From: an uncultured virus (IMG/VR IMGVR_UViG_2563367173_000013) | Lineage: Duplodnaviria > Heunggongvirae > Uroviricota > Caudoviricetes | Length of the DNA stretch: 64,000 bases | IMG/VR virus record: IMGVR_UViG_2563367173_000013 | Reading direction: 5' to 3' (one strand) | In this document: positions 44,849 through 54,721 of the stretch, piece after piece | Numbering within the stretch: position 1 is the stretch's first letter | How the letters are laid out: every line of letters begins with the position of its first letter | The notes under the pieces: model-generated | What the model saw: only the letters and a program-made list of their open reading frames with translations | Database searches by the model: none | What the model was told of the DNA's origin: nothing | Position numbers and translations under genes: made by a program

Positions 44849-45538
44849 CTACTTCCCATCTTCAAAAAATATAAAACTGTAATCTCCTGTATATCCCCAC
44901 TCTTTATAAAGCCATTCCCATTCATCTACTGCATAATAACTTGCACAGGTAAGCTGCCAGTAAAGCATGTTAACTTCTTCCCTATCATTACGAAATGATT
45001 CAACCATAATATAGCTCTTCCCTTTACTAACACGTTCAATTTCCTGCACAGCTTTTTTTAAATCGTAGATTTTTAAATTGTGCAGTGTTGCTAAAGAAAT
45101 AACTAAATCAAATTCATCATCATCAAAAGGAATATTCTGTGCCTGTCCATACTGCAGTCTGTCTCTAATTTCTTCTTTTGCATGTTCCAATGCATATTGC
45201 GATATATCAATACCATTTACAATCATTCCCGGCACAACCTGCGTAAGTTCATACAGCAAATGAGCCATTCCACACCCCACGTCCAATACTTTTTGTCCTG
45301 ATTTTAAACAGTAATAATCTGCAAGTTTCTGCGCTACAATCTTCCATCTGCCATCATAATGATAGCCTCCATAACCGTATTTGCGTTCGCCGTCCCAATA
45401 ATCATATCCATATTTTTTTGCAATGATGGCACATTCCGCCTTATCGTCACTAATTACGCGTCCTACATAATTACGCCTTGTTGACCTATGCAATTCAGAA
45501 ACAAAATCTACATATGACATTTTTTTATTCCTTTCCAT
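44849..45538 (-). CDS. Class I SAM methyltransferase
   Basis: YWDGERKYGYGGY.YDGRW, VLDVGCG, GIDIS, TLHNL. Confidence 0.88.
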   Translation of the reverse strand: MERNKKMSYVDFVSELHRSTRRNYVGRVISDDKAECAIIAKKYGYDYWDGERKYGYGGYHYDGRWKIVAQKLADYYCLKSGQKVLDVGCGMAHLLYELTQVVPGMIVNGIDISQYALEHAKEEIRDRLQYGQAQNIPFDDDEFDLVISLATLHNLKIYDLKKAVQEIERVSKGKSYIMVESFRNDREEVNMLYWQLTCASYYAVDEWEWLYKEWGYTGDYSFIFFEDGK

Positions 45539-45556
45539 AATATATTTTGTTCAGTA

Positions 45557-46717
45557 TTACAATTTCATCCAAGTTTCTCTTTCAGAATTTTTAATAATTT
45601 TCCAACCATCCATTATCTTTTCATCACTATATGGCACATACATGCCACATCTATAACAAATTTTTCTCATTTCAGATTCAGCAGTCCTCATATTGTTGAT
45701 TGCATCTTCCATAACATTTTGACAACCAATTGATTCCAATTTTCTTTCTTCACTTGTCGCCTCAAACATCCTGCCGCAACAGCAATGTGTATTTCCATCC
45801 GGTAAAGTCTGCATATTTCCAAACGCTGTACATAATCCCTCAATATATTCTTTGCCCATCTCTGCGTACATATCTTTAACAGTTTCATTCTCACAATAAA
45901 ACTGCTTTGCAATGCTAATAGAATCAACCTTTTTATCCTTCCAATACTCTAAAAATTCCTGTTTTTCGTCTTTGTTTTCCTTCTGCTCAACAAAATGCAC
46001 ATTTACTTTAATCCCATACTTCATTAATAACTCTGGAAGTCTCATTGCTCTTTCAAAATATTCTTTTTTATTGCTGCGAATTTTAGCATATGTTTCATAA
46101 GATATTGTATCCAAACTAACTCGGATATCTGTGTACCCCATGTTTGCTGCTTCTTTCACTATATCCTCTGTCCAAAGTGATCCATTGGTAATCGTCCACA
46201 AATCCATTCCTTTGTTATGAGCATAGTCAGATACCTCTTTCCAGTATGGATATAAAAGAATTTCTCCCATAGACATGATGCTTAAAGAATTAATGCCATA
46301 TTCTACCAGACAATCAATTCTTTCATATGCTTTATCTTTAGATATTACCTTTTTCTGTCCGCCCCGATCTTTATAGTAATCCGTATCAGACATACCATCA
46401 CCATGATAACAACACATCGGACATTGATAATTGCAATGCCAATCCAATATTAATGTCCATTTTGTTGGTTTATAATATTTTAAAAGCTCTTGGGCAATAT
46501 CTTCCACATCCTCTTTTGATAATTTATACTTGTCATCTGCCTTTCCATTACTGGCAAACCACCCCGCCAATGGAATATCTTCTCCGCCCTTATATTTAAG
46601 ATTATGATGATTGTATGTAAACAAATTATCCGGAGATATGTAAAATTCCTTTTCCTGTTTTTCCCATCGTTTCAGCAATGGCTTTAATTTTTCAGGAATA
46701 TTTTCCTTTCGCATCAT
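45557..46717 (-). CDS. Radical SAM protein
   Basis: CNYQCPMC, GEILL, ITNGS, VSLD, C-terminal Cys cluster. Confidence 0.85.
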   Translation of the reverse strand: MMRKENIPEKLKPLLKRWEKQEKEFYISPDNLFTYNHHNLKYKGGEDIPLAGWFASNGKADDKYKLSKEDVEDIAQELLKYYKPTKWTLILDWHCNYQCPMCCYHGDGMSDTDYYKDRGGQKKVISKDKAYERIDCLVEYGINSLSIMSMGEILLYPYWKEVSDYAHNKGMDLWTITNGSLWTEDIVKEAANMGYTDIRVSLDTISYETYAKIRSNKKEYFERAMRLPELLMKYGIKVNVHFVEQKENKDEKQEFLEYWKDKKVDSISIAKQFYCENETVKDMYAEMGKEYIEGLCTAFGNMQTLPDGNTHCCCGRMFEATSEERKLESIGCQNVMEDAINNMRTAESEMRKICYRCGMYVPYSDEKIMDGWKIIKNSERETWMKL

Positions 46718-46756
46718 TTCAGTTTCCTTTCCAGCATCTCAAAAATTTCTCTTAAT

Positions 46757-47899
46757 TTACTTATTATTGTACTCATTTTCTACTATACGTGGAATTGCAT
46801 ACAGAATAGTTTCTCCGTATATCATTGCATGTTGACGAATATAATATTTGTATCCCCTCCCTTGAATTTTCATTATAAATTGCATAATACGGTAATAATC
46901 TTCTACACAATGATAAATAGAAATTGCAAGTAACGGCATATCCCTTTTTATTGTATTGACTGCCCCACCAAGTGCCCTCATTTCTGCTCCTTCTATATCC
47001 ATTTTTATCATGTCAACTTTTATATTTTGAAAATATGTATCAATGGTTTCCATTTTACAAACTTCACCCGTACATAATTCTGCATCCTCCACAACCTTTG
47101 AAGAAGCCCCCTGTCCCATCACTGGTAATTCTTTTTGTTCACTCCACAATCCATAATTTTCACATAAACACTTCATTCCTTCTGGAAGAACACTCTTTTC
47201 AATATTATTTAGTAATTTCTCATAATTATTTTTTTCAGCTTCGAAACAATACCATTTTGATACCCATAGACCAGATTCAATAATAGCCCTTAATAGTTCC
47301 CCTGTATATGCACCTGCATCTACTAATGTAAACTTTCTTCCTTGAAAATACTCTTTTACCTCTTTTATAAAATAACTTTCTTCCGTAGTACATACTTTAA
47401 CGATTTCATTAATATCATTTGTTATATAATATTGATATACAGCGTCATAAACACTTTTAGAAAGATCATCTGAAAGATATTTCTTCAATGCATCTGTATT
47501 TCTTTTATACCGAACCAGCCTTTCTCCCTCACAATGTTTTTCCACTACTAATTCTTGCTGGTCTAAAACATCCATATACCAATCATACATTTCCCATATG
47601 GTCACATTTGAAAACACCATCAGTTTGTCATAAATGGTTTTTCCATATATTGAAGTTAAAACAACATTAATACTCTTTTTGCTTTTACAGATTTCTGCAA
47701 ACTCATTATATGAAAGTACATCATATGAAAGTTCTTTTGTCCCGTGCTTCATCAAATCGTCATCTATTAAAGATTCAATCTTTACAGATTCACTTTCTAA
47801 CGCTTTAATACAAATCTTTGCAGTATATCCGGCGCCATACAAATATATCGAATCATTTATAATTTCTTTCGGAATATTATTTTTATCTATTTTCTTCAT
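46757..47899 (-). CDS. FkbM-family methyltransferase with N-terminal Rossmann-like module
   Basis: VDAGAYTGE, IKMDIEGAE, LAISIYH. Confidence 0.9.
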   Translation of the reverse strand: MKKIDKNNIPKEIINDSIYLYGAGYTAKICIKALESESVKIESLIDDDLMKHGTKELSYDVLSYNEFAEICKSKKSINVVLTSIYGKTIYDKLMVFSNVTIWEMYDWYMDVLDQQELVVEKHCEGERLVRYKRNTDALKKYLSDDLSKSVYDAVYQYYITNDINEIVKVCTTEESYFIKEVKEYFQGRKFTLVDAGAYTGELLRAIIESGLWVSKWYCFEAEKNNYEKLLNNIEKSVLPEGMKCLCENYGLWSEQKELPVMGQGASSKVVEDAELCTGEVCKMETIDTYFQNIKVDMIKMDIEGAEMRALGGAVNTIKRDMPLLAISIYHCVEDYYRIMQFIMKIQGRGYKYYIRQHAMIYGETILYAIPRIVENEYNNK

Positions 47900-47953
47900 A
47901 TAATCCTTTCCATTACATAACATAGTGATGACGCTTCAGTCCTTAACTAATTA

Positions 47954-48889
47954 TTATTTAATATTGTTATAAATATCCTTCATACTTTCTTTTACTTCTT
48001 TATAAATACTTTCAATGCCAACCCGGTTCATTTCTTTTATCTGCGTATAGGTGCCATACCCTTTCGAAAACCCATGTAGTCCTATTCTTTTCTGTCTGGC
48101 ATTCATTCCTGTCTCAGCAATAACTTCCGCAACTGCACTTCCAAGTCCTCCGGTCACATTATGATCTTCTATCGTTATTATCTTTCCTGTCTCAACAACT
48201 GCTCGAATAATGATATTTCTATCAATAGGTTTTATTGTATGCATATTGATAACCCGTGCATCAATTCCATCTTTTCTTAACTGCTCAGCTACATTTAATA
48301 CATCCTTCAAAATACTGCCTATGCCAATCAGTGTAATATCCTTGCCCTCTCTTAAAGTAACAGCCTTTCCAATCTGAAATTCATAATCACTTTCATATAT
48401 TTCTGGTTCCTTATTTGTTCCAAGTCTTAAATATATAGGCCCCTTATGTTTATATGATGCCAATGTTGCTTTTCTTACTTCCAATGGACTTGCCGGACAT
48501 AAAATTGTCAGATTCGACAATGCACGTAATCCACCCAAATCCTCTGTAGAATGATGCGTTGGTCCCAATGCACTGTATACTTCCCCTGCGCCTGTTCCTA
48601 CGATTTTCACATTCTGATTTTGTAAGCATACATCATTCCTTATAAATTCAAACGCACGATACGCAAGGAATGCCCCGATTGTATATGCAAATGGTATCTT
48701 TCCACAGCTTGCCATACCCGCTGCCATGCCAATCATATTTGCCTCTGAAATACCAAGATTTAAATATTGCTCTGACAAATCTTTACGGTATCTGTCATAT
48801 ACAATTGCACCATTATCAGAAATCAAAGCATATACCCTTTTATCCTTTTGCGCAATTTCATATAACGTGTCTAAATATGCTGTTCTCAT
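47954..48889 (-). CDS. Transketolase C-terminal subunit
   Basis: LGISEANMIGMAAG, GPTHHSTED, IKPID, EDH..GGLGSAVAE. Confidence 0.92.
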   Translation of the reverse strand: MRTAYLDTLYEIAQKDKRVYALISDNGAIVYDRYRKDLSEQYLNLGISEANMIGMAAGMASCGKIPFAYTIGAFLAYRAFEFIRNDVCLQNQNVKIVGTGAGEVYSALGPTHHSTEDLGGLRALSNLTILCPASPLEVRKATLASYKHKGPIYLRLGTNKEPEIYESDYEFQIGKAVTLREGKDITLIGIGSILKDVLNVAEQLRKDGIDARVINMHTIKPIDRNIIIRAVVETGKIITIEDHNVTGGLGSAVAEVIAETGMNARQKRIGLHGFSKGYGTYTQIKEMNRVGIESIYKEVKESMKDIYNNIK

Positions 48890-48959
48890 TTTAAGGCCCT
48901 TTCTGATGATCTATTTTTGTATAAATGTTATTAACTCTTGTTATCCAATATTTTGACAA

Positions 48960-49283
48960 TTAAAAGTTATAAATATACTCTCGAATCCCCGTACTCTTCT
49001 GTACAGATTTTATATTATCTGTTGTCTTAACCTTAGACATCCCTTCCAAGACCGACCTTATACATTCCCCTTTTACTTCTGCTAATACTTTATCAAAATA
49101 CTTTTCCATATATTTCTCTATGTCAAATTTATCATTAATCTCGTATTCTTCTAATATGGGCTGCTTTTCTATATCTATAAAATAGGTATTTATTTCATCA
49201 TCTATTTCACCAAACATAACTCTACCTTCTTCATGTCTCGATTTTTCACAAACCCATTTATACAATCTTTCCTTGCTAGTCAA
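48960..49283 (-). CDS. Small soluble protein with C-terminal EYIYNF (tyrosine-tail family, copy 1)
   Basis: Probable TTG start after GAGAGG, overlapping the carbamoyltransferase stop. RLYKW, TYF, LEEY and YIYNF align with the other two copies. Confidence 0.75.
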   Translation of the reverse strand: MTSKERLYKWVCEKSRHEEGRVMFGEIDDEINTYFIDIEKQPILEEYEINDKFDIEKYMEKYFDKVLAEVKGECIRSVLEGMSKVKTTDNIKSVQKSTGIREYIYNF

Positions 49284-51111
49284 GCTGATACCTCTCTTTC
49301 CATTCTGTGTCATTCACCAATGCTTTCTGCTCCGATTTATATAATATATAATCTTCCATACAGAGTACATCCATTTCCGTTCTCATAAAACAGAGATATG
49401 CATCGTGCGGTGTGCAGACAATTGGTTCACCCCGTACATTAAAAGATGTATTTACTATCACTGGACACCCGCTCAATTCATAATATTTCTTTATTATTTC
49501 ATAAAAATCTTTATTATTTTTTTTACTCACAGTCTGCACTCTTGCACTAAAATCCACATGCGTAACTGCTGAAATATCTGAACGCGGCAATTTTGACACA
49601 GCAATCATATCATCATTATTACAATTCAAAGCCTCTTCAACATCAAAATTATTGCACAACGTCTCATTCACTCTTGCACAAAAAAGCATATAAGGACTTT
49701 TCCCGTCCAAATCAAAATATTTTGCTGCTTCTTCTTCCAATACTGCTGGCGCAAACGGTCTAAAAGATTCTCTATATTTAATCTTCAAGTTTATCTTCGA
49801 CTGCATTTCCGCACTTTTTGCATTCGCTATTATACTCCTGTTTCCCAAAGCTCTTGGACCAAATTCCATCCTACCCTGAAACAATCCAATAACATAATCC
49901 TCTTTCAGCAGATTTGCCACAGTTTCCGCTTTTTTCCCTTTCACTGAATGATACGCCAATTTATTTCTCCTGCAAAAACTTTCAATTTCAAAGTTATTGA
50001 ATTGTGGTCCAAGAAATGTATATTGAAATCTATTTTCGTTTTTTCCATTTTTTTTCTGTTTCAAATAATCGTAATATCCTAGATATGCCGCTCCAACACT
50101 TCCTCCAGCATCTCCAGCTGCCGGTTGTACCCATACATTTTCGAAAATCTTTTCCTCTTTTAATCTCCCATTAGCCACACAATTGAGAGCAATACCCCCT
50201 GCAAGGACAATATTTTTTCTATGCCCTGTATAATTTACTGCACTTTTTGCCAGTTTAATAACAATGTCTTCTGTAACTTTCTGAATAGATGATGCTATAT
50301 TCATATAACATCTTGTAATATTGCTTTCTTGTTTTCTCCGAGGCATCTGAAATAATTCTTCAAACTTATTATTTATCATATACCTTCCATACTGAAAATC
50401 AAAATATTCAAGATTCAGTCGGAATGAACCGTCTTCTTTAATATCAATCAGGTGATTAGTTATTAAATCATAATACAATGGTTTTCCATATGGTGCCAAT
50501 CCCATCAATTTATATTCACCAGAATTTACCTTAAAACCACAATACCATGTAAATGCACTATACAGCATTCCTAAAGAATGAGGATAATCAATTTTTTTTA
50601 GTAATTCTATTCTGTTTTTGCTACCGTATCCTAGCGTCACTGTATTCCATTCACCCACCCCATCAATTGTCAAAATCGCTGCTTCATCATACGGTGATGG
50701 AAAAAAAGCTGACGCAGCATGTGACATATGATGATTTGCCACCAACAGTTTTCCCGTTTTTCCGATCTGCCCGAAATAACTTTCTAACACTCTATGTACA
50801 ACAAGACGTTTTTGAAAAACATCTTCATGTTGAAACTCTATTAAATCTTTTGCATCATTTCCACAGTACAAAGCATTTTTTAAATACCGCTCTAATGTAA
50901 TAAAGGGATTGTCATAATAAACTACAGCATCAACTTCTTTCAAACTTATCTTTTTATAGTCTAGACAATATCTGATTGCTTGCACAGGAAATGCGTCATC
51001 GTTTTTCATTCTTGTAAATCTTTCTTCCTGGGCCGCCGCAATAATATATCCATCTTCAAGCAGTGCTGCTGCAGAATCATGATATAACCCTGAAAAGCCT
51101 AATACCATCAT
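49276..51111 (-). CDS. O-carbamoyltransferase (NodU/CmcH/SxtI family)
   Basis: LYHDSAAAL, QEERFTR, HHMSHAASAF, LAGGIALNC, EFGPRALGNRS, C-terminal WKERYQLD. Confidence 0.95.
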   Translation of the reverse strand: MMVLGFSGLYHDSAAALLEDGYIIAAAQEERFTRMKNDDAFPVQAIRYCLDYKKISLKEVDAVVYYDNPFITLERYLKNALYCGNDAKDLIEFQHEDVFQKRLVVHRVLESYFGQIGKTGKLLVANHHMSHAASAFFPSPYDEAAILTIDGVGEWNTVTLGYGSKNRIELLKKIDYPHSLGMLYSAFTWYCGFKVNSGEYKLMGLAPYGKPLYYDLITNHLIDIKEDGSFRLNLEYFDFQYGRYMINNKFEELFQMPRRKQESNITRCYMNIASSIQKVTEDIVIKLAKSAVNYTGHRKNIVLAGGIALNCVANGRLKEEKIFENVWVQPAAGDAGGSVGAAYLGYYDYLKQKKNGKNENRFQYTFLGPQFNNFEIESFCRRNKLAYHSVKGKKAETVANLLKEDYVIGLFQGRMEFGPRALGNRSIIANAKSAEMQSKINLKIKYRESFRPFAPAVLEEEAAKYFDLDGKSPYMLFCARVNETLCNNFDVEEALNCNNDDMIAVSKLPRSDISAVTHVDFSARVQTVSKKNNKDFYEIIKKYYELSGCPVIVNTSFNVRGEPIVCTPHDAYLCFMRTEMDVLCMEDYILYKSEQKALVNDTEWKERYQLD

Positions 51112-52616
51112 TTCTCCACTATCCCTTTCCTAATCAAATATTCACACATATATTGCGCTATCATTTCATTTCCATGTTCATTTACATGACACCAATCCAA
51201 ATATACATCATCTGCTCCATCAAACAATGATGTAATATCTGTTCCATATGCTGATATCTGTTCGCATACCTTTTCATAAAAATGTCTTGTATTTTCAAAC
51301 GGTTTCCAGCTTTTCTGATCATAAGATAAATGCAACAAAACCTCATAACCATAATCACTGAGTTTTTCTTTTTTGGCAGGCAAACAAGGTTGTAAAAAAG
51401 CCAAATATGGAATCCCATAACCTTTGCAAATAATGTTCATCATTTTAATATTATCTATAAACATTTGATCATTAGAACGATTATGTTTAACACCTAAAGT
51501 ATATTTATTATCCGTTCCTCTCCAATCATCTTGGTATTCCACCTCCTCTGCCAAATATGCAATAAATCTTTTTTGATAAACATGAACAAAAGGATAATCG
51601 TTTGCTAATGTACTATCATTGACTCCGGTATAATGAATTATTATATCTGGTTTGAGAGGAATAATATCTCTGATCAACTTTCCCAATTCCTGTGGAGTAC
51701 TATACCCTCCACATCCTGCATTCAATACTTTTACGGAATATCCTTTTTTCGTCAGTTTATCAAATAGCAGTTCTGCCCATGACTTATATGAATAACCTTC
51801 TCCTTCTGTAGTTGATCCTCCCAATAAGGCGATTACAATTTTCCCATCTCCTATCTGTACTATTCCAGGCATTGTATCACCATTTTTTTTAGGTTGAAAA
51901 CTGTATCCAAGATTAGGATCTAAAATATATTTTCTTGCTACAGCTGTAGTATATATATCATAACCAGAATAATCTCTTCCCATTGCCAGTCCCATTCTGT
52001 CCAATACTTTCATATTTTCTTTTTTCTCAGACATAACAATCACTTTAATAGCACCTTCTTTTTCATAAAGTAAATCATAAATGGGTTTTACTTGGCTCTC
52101 CCATTGATTACACTCTGATTCTATATCATCAACAAAGTACGCAATTTTTACATCTAACATTTCCAACAAACGTTTCAAGACCGCTGCTTCTTTTCCGGTA
52201 CCATAAATCACAATCTTTCGAATATATGAATCTTGAATAATACGATATAGCCCTCTGAATTGTACTTTTATTCCTAAAGTATTTAAAGTAACTATACTTT
52301 TTATATCATTCCAAACAATAAAGTTCTTTACTCTCTGTTCTTCTAACTTATCAGTAATTTCCTTTGAACATTCTTTGTTCATAAGAGTTACAATAAAATT
52401 ATATTCAGACGGATTTTCCAACACCTTTTCAGGCATTATGACCCTCTTATTAAGGATACGTATTCTTTGTTTTGTACGGTCAGAGTCACAAAACATTTCA
52501 ACTGGTATTCCCATTGCCGCAAATGCAAGTAAAATCTGGACTCCATTCTGCCCCGCACCCCACAATATATTTTTCTTGCCATTATACAGTATACGTTTTA
52601 TTTCATAATCAAACAT
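51108..52616 (-). CDS. SGNH-fold paralog 1 with two N-terminal Rossmann-like modules
   Basis: LGGSTT, NAGCGGY, YTGVND, FLQP, YLDWCHV; overlaps the carbamoyltransferase start. Confidence 0.85.
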   Translation of the reverse strand: MFDYEIKRILYNGKKNILWGAGQNGVQILLAFAAMGIPVEMFCDSDRTKQRIRILNKRVIMPEKVLENPSEYNFIVTLMNKECSKEITDKLEEQRVKNFIVWNDIKSIVTLNTLGIKVQFRGLYRIIQDSYIRKIVIYGTGKEAAVLKRLLEMLDVKIAYFVDDIESECNQWESQVKPIYDLLYEKEGAIKVIVMSEKKENMKVLDRMGLAMGRDYSGYDIYTTAVARKYILDPNLGYSFQPKKNGDTMPGIVQIGDGKIVIALLGGSTTEGEGYSYKSWAELLFDKLTKKGYSVKVLNAGCGGYSTPQELGKLIRDIIPLKPDIIIHYTGVNDSTLANDYPFVHVYQKRFIAYLAEEVEYQDDWRGTDNKYTLGVKHNRSNDQMFIDNIKMMNIICKGYGIPYLAFLQPCLPAKKEKLSDYGYEVLLHLSYDQKSWKPFENTRHFYEKVCEQISAYGTDITSLFDGADDVYLDWCHVNEHGNEMIAQYMCEYLIRKGIVEK

Positions 52617-52708
52617 ATTTCTCTCCCATCGGACATTTTATAACGTAATATCCGCCTCTAAACTGTCTTTGATCTTCTAAACATTTACAGAATATTAAAA
52701 TTCTATTT

Positions 52709-53551
52709 TCATTCTTTCGCTACACACAATCTCTGTTTTTCTTCTTCCGTAAATTCCAAATCATGAAAAAGAATCTCTAATTCTCTTTCATTAGGCATCC
52801 GATAATGCCAGATTGGTACATTCTCCATAAAAGAAACCCCTTTACCCTTAATTGTATTTGCAATCACTAAAGTTGGTTTCTTCTCGCATCTTACCAGAAG
52901 GGCTTCTTTAATCTCTTTATAATTATGCCCATCAATTTCTATTACATTCCAACCAAATGCTCTCCATTTATCTGCAAACGGTCTCATCTGGACAATATTC
53001 TCCAAATTATCCATTGCCTGCAATTTATTATAATCTACTATTACAGTTAAATATTCAAGTTCAAGAGTCGGTGCCGATAAAGCACCTTCCCAAATGGAGC
53101 CTTCCTGACATTCACCATCACCTAACATTACATATGTGTGACTGCGTTTTTTGTCCGCCTTATTTGCATACGCAATTCCAATCGCAAAGGAAAGACCATG
53201 CCCCAATGCACCAGTTGACGCCTCCACTCCAGGAATATCATTAATTTTGGGATGCCCTCCAAACTTAGATCCTGGTTCTCCTACATGCCAAAGCTCTTCT
53301 TCCGGAAAATATCCAGCCCTTGCCAATGCGGCATAAAGCGCATAACAGGCATGTCCTTTACTCAATATAAATTTATCTCTGTCAATCCAATTAGGTTTTT
53401 TTGCATCATATTTTAACACATTGTCGAAATATAACACACTAACAATATCTGCTATGGAAAATGCCGCTCCCATATGTCCGCCGCCTGCATAATGTGCTAT
53501 CTTATATATTTTTTTTCTGATATCTTTTGCTATCTGCTGTATATCTTCCAC
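52709..53551 (-). CDS. Transketolase N-terminal (ThDP-binding) subunit
   Basis: GGHMG, DKFILSKGH, STGALGHG, GDGECQEG, TIKGKG. Confidence 0.92.
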   Translation of the reverse strand: MEDIQQIAKDIRKKIYKIAHYAGGGHMGAAFSIADIVSVLYFDNVLKYDAKKPNWIDRDKFILSKGHACYALYAALARAGYFPEEELWHVGEPGSKFGGHPKINDIPGVEASTGALGHGLSFAIGIAYANKADKKRSHTYVMLGDGECQEGSIWEGALSAPTLELEYLTVIVDYNKLQAMDNLENIVQMRPFADKWRAFGWNVIEIDGHNYKEIKEALLVRCEKKPTLVIANTIKGKGVSFMENVPIWHYRMPNERELEILFHDLEFTEEEKQRLCVAKE

Positions 53552-53561
53552 AATATCACTC

Positions 53562-54635
53562 CTAAATAAAATTTATTTGGTTCTCGTCAAGTCCATATAA
53601 TGTGTTCAGCAAAATATTCCTGTCATCATACACACAATGATGCTGACATTCCTTCATCGCATCAAACTCCTGATATCGTCCAACCACCTCATCAGAAAAC
53701 CACAACTCTTTAAAGGACTTTTGTCTTAAATCACCGACAATCCCACTACTTACATATGCCTTGTCATGGCAAAAATACACCTTACAGTCTGCCGCAATAG
53801 TTGTGACTAAATTATTGATATAGCATCTATGATATTGACGTGCAAATACCATGGCAGTATCAAAATCACCCTCATATTTGTTGATCACCTTAAATTTATC
53901 ATCTTCCAGTTCCATTTGCGCCCTGTGTAATTGCATCATAACATTATCTTTAAACAGCTCATGATATTCAAACAATTCTTTTGTTATTCTTGCTGAAAAC
54001 TTAATATGGTTAGTGCCAAGATCTTTGGACAATTTAGCCATATCATATATCTGATCCGCATTTTCATGATTTATCACAAAATTGATTCCCAATTCACAAC
54101 TCTTATCTTTAATTCTCGCAAATTCTTTGATATTATCACAAACCCTTTGAAATGCATCAAGCGGAATTTTTCTTACCCGAGCATATGTTTCTGCATTTGC
54201 CGAATCACATGATATTCTTACCCATTTTGCGTCTTTTAACTCTTTTGCCCGTTCGCCGTCAAGAAGCTGGCCATTTGTAATAATAGAAGTTTCAACACCT
54301 GCCCGCTTCATTCCCTGGATAGCCTCAATTATGTGTGGATAAACAAGCGGTTCTCCACCACCACTAAAAGTAACCGCCCGAACTCCCATATCTTTAAAAT
54401 CACTGATAATTTCTTGCATTTTATCCCATGGGATCTGATCCTGCTTGTTTACAATATCACGAAGTCCCAGCTCACTATCTGCATAGGAACAATAATAACA
54501 ATGATGGTTACAATAATTAGTTGGTTTCAATCTGACATAAAGTGGCGCTACACGCTCTCCTTTATGGATCTGATTTAACTTTTCAGCATGTGCAAATATC
54601 TTCAAACTACTATATGGGGTTGCCTTTGTATCCAC
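53562..54635 (-). CDS. Radical SAM/SPASM protein
   Basis: CNHHCYYC, SGGGEP, ITNG, C-terminal Cys cluster. Confidence 0.9.
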   Translation of the reverse strand: MDTKATPYSSLKIFAHAEKLNQIHKGERVAPLYVRLKPTNYCNHHCYYCSYADSELGLRDIVNKQDQIPWDKMQEIISDFKDMGVRAVTFSGGGEPLVYPHIIEAIQGMKRAGVETSIITNGQLLDGERAKELKDAKWVRISCDSANAETYARVRKIPLDAFQRVCDNIKEFARIKDKSCELGINFVINHENADQIYDMAKLSKDLGTNHIKFSARITKELFEYHELFKDNVMMQLHRAQMELEDDKFKVINKYEGDFDTAMVFARQYHRCYINNLVTTIAADCKVYFCHDKAYVSSGIVGDLRQKSFKELWFSDEVVGRYQEFDAMKECQHHCVYDDRNILLNTLYGLDENQINFI

Positions 54636-54721
54636 TGTCTGTTCCTCCTAAACTAGACCTACTAGTTTTCAGCAGGTCTCAAAAATGCATAGCATACTAT
54701 TTCCCTAATAATTCATCACTT

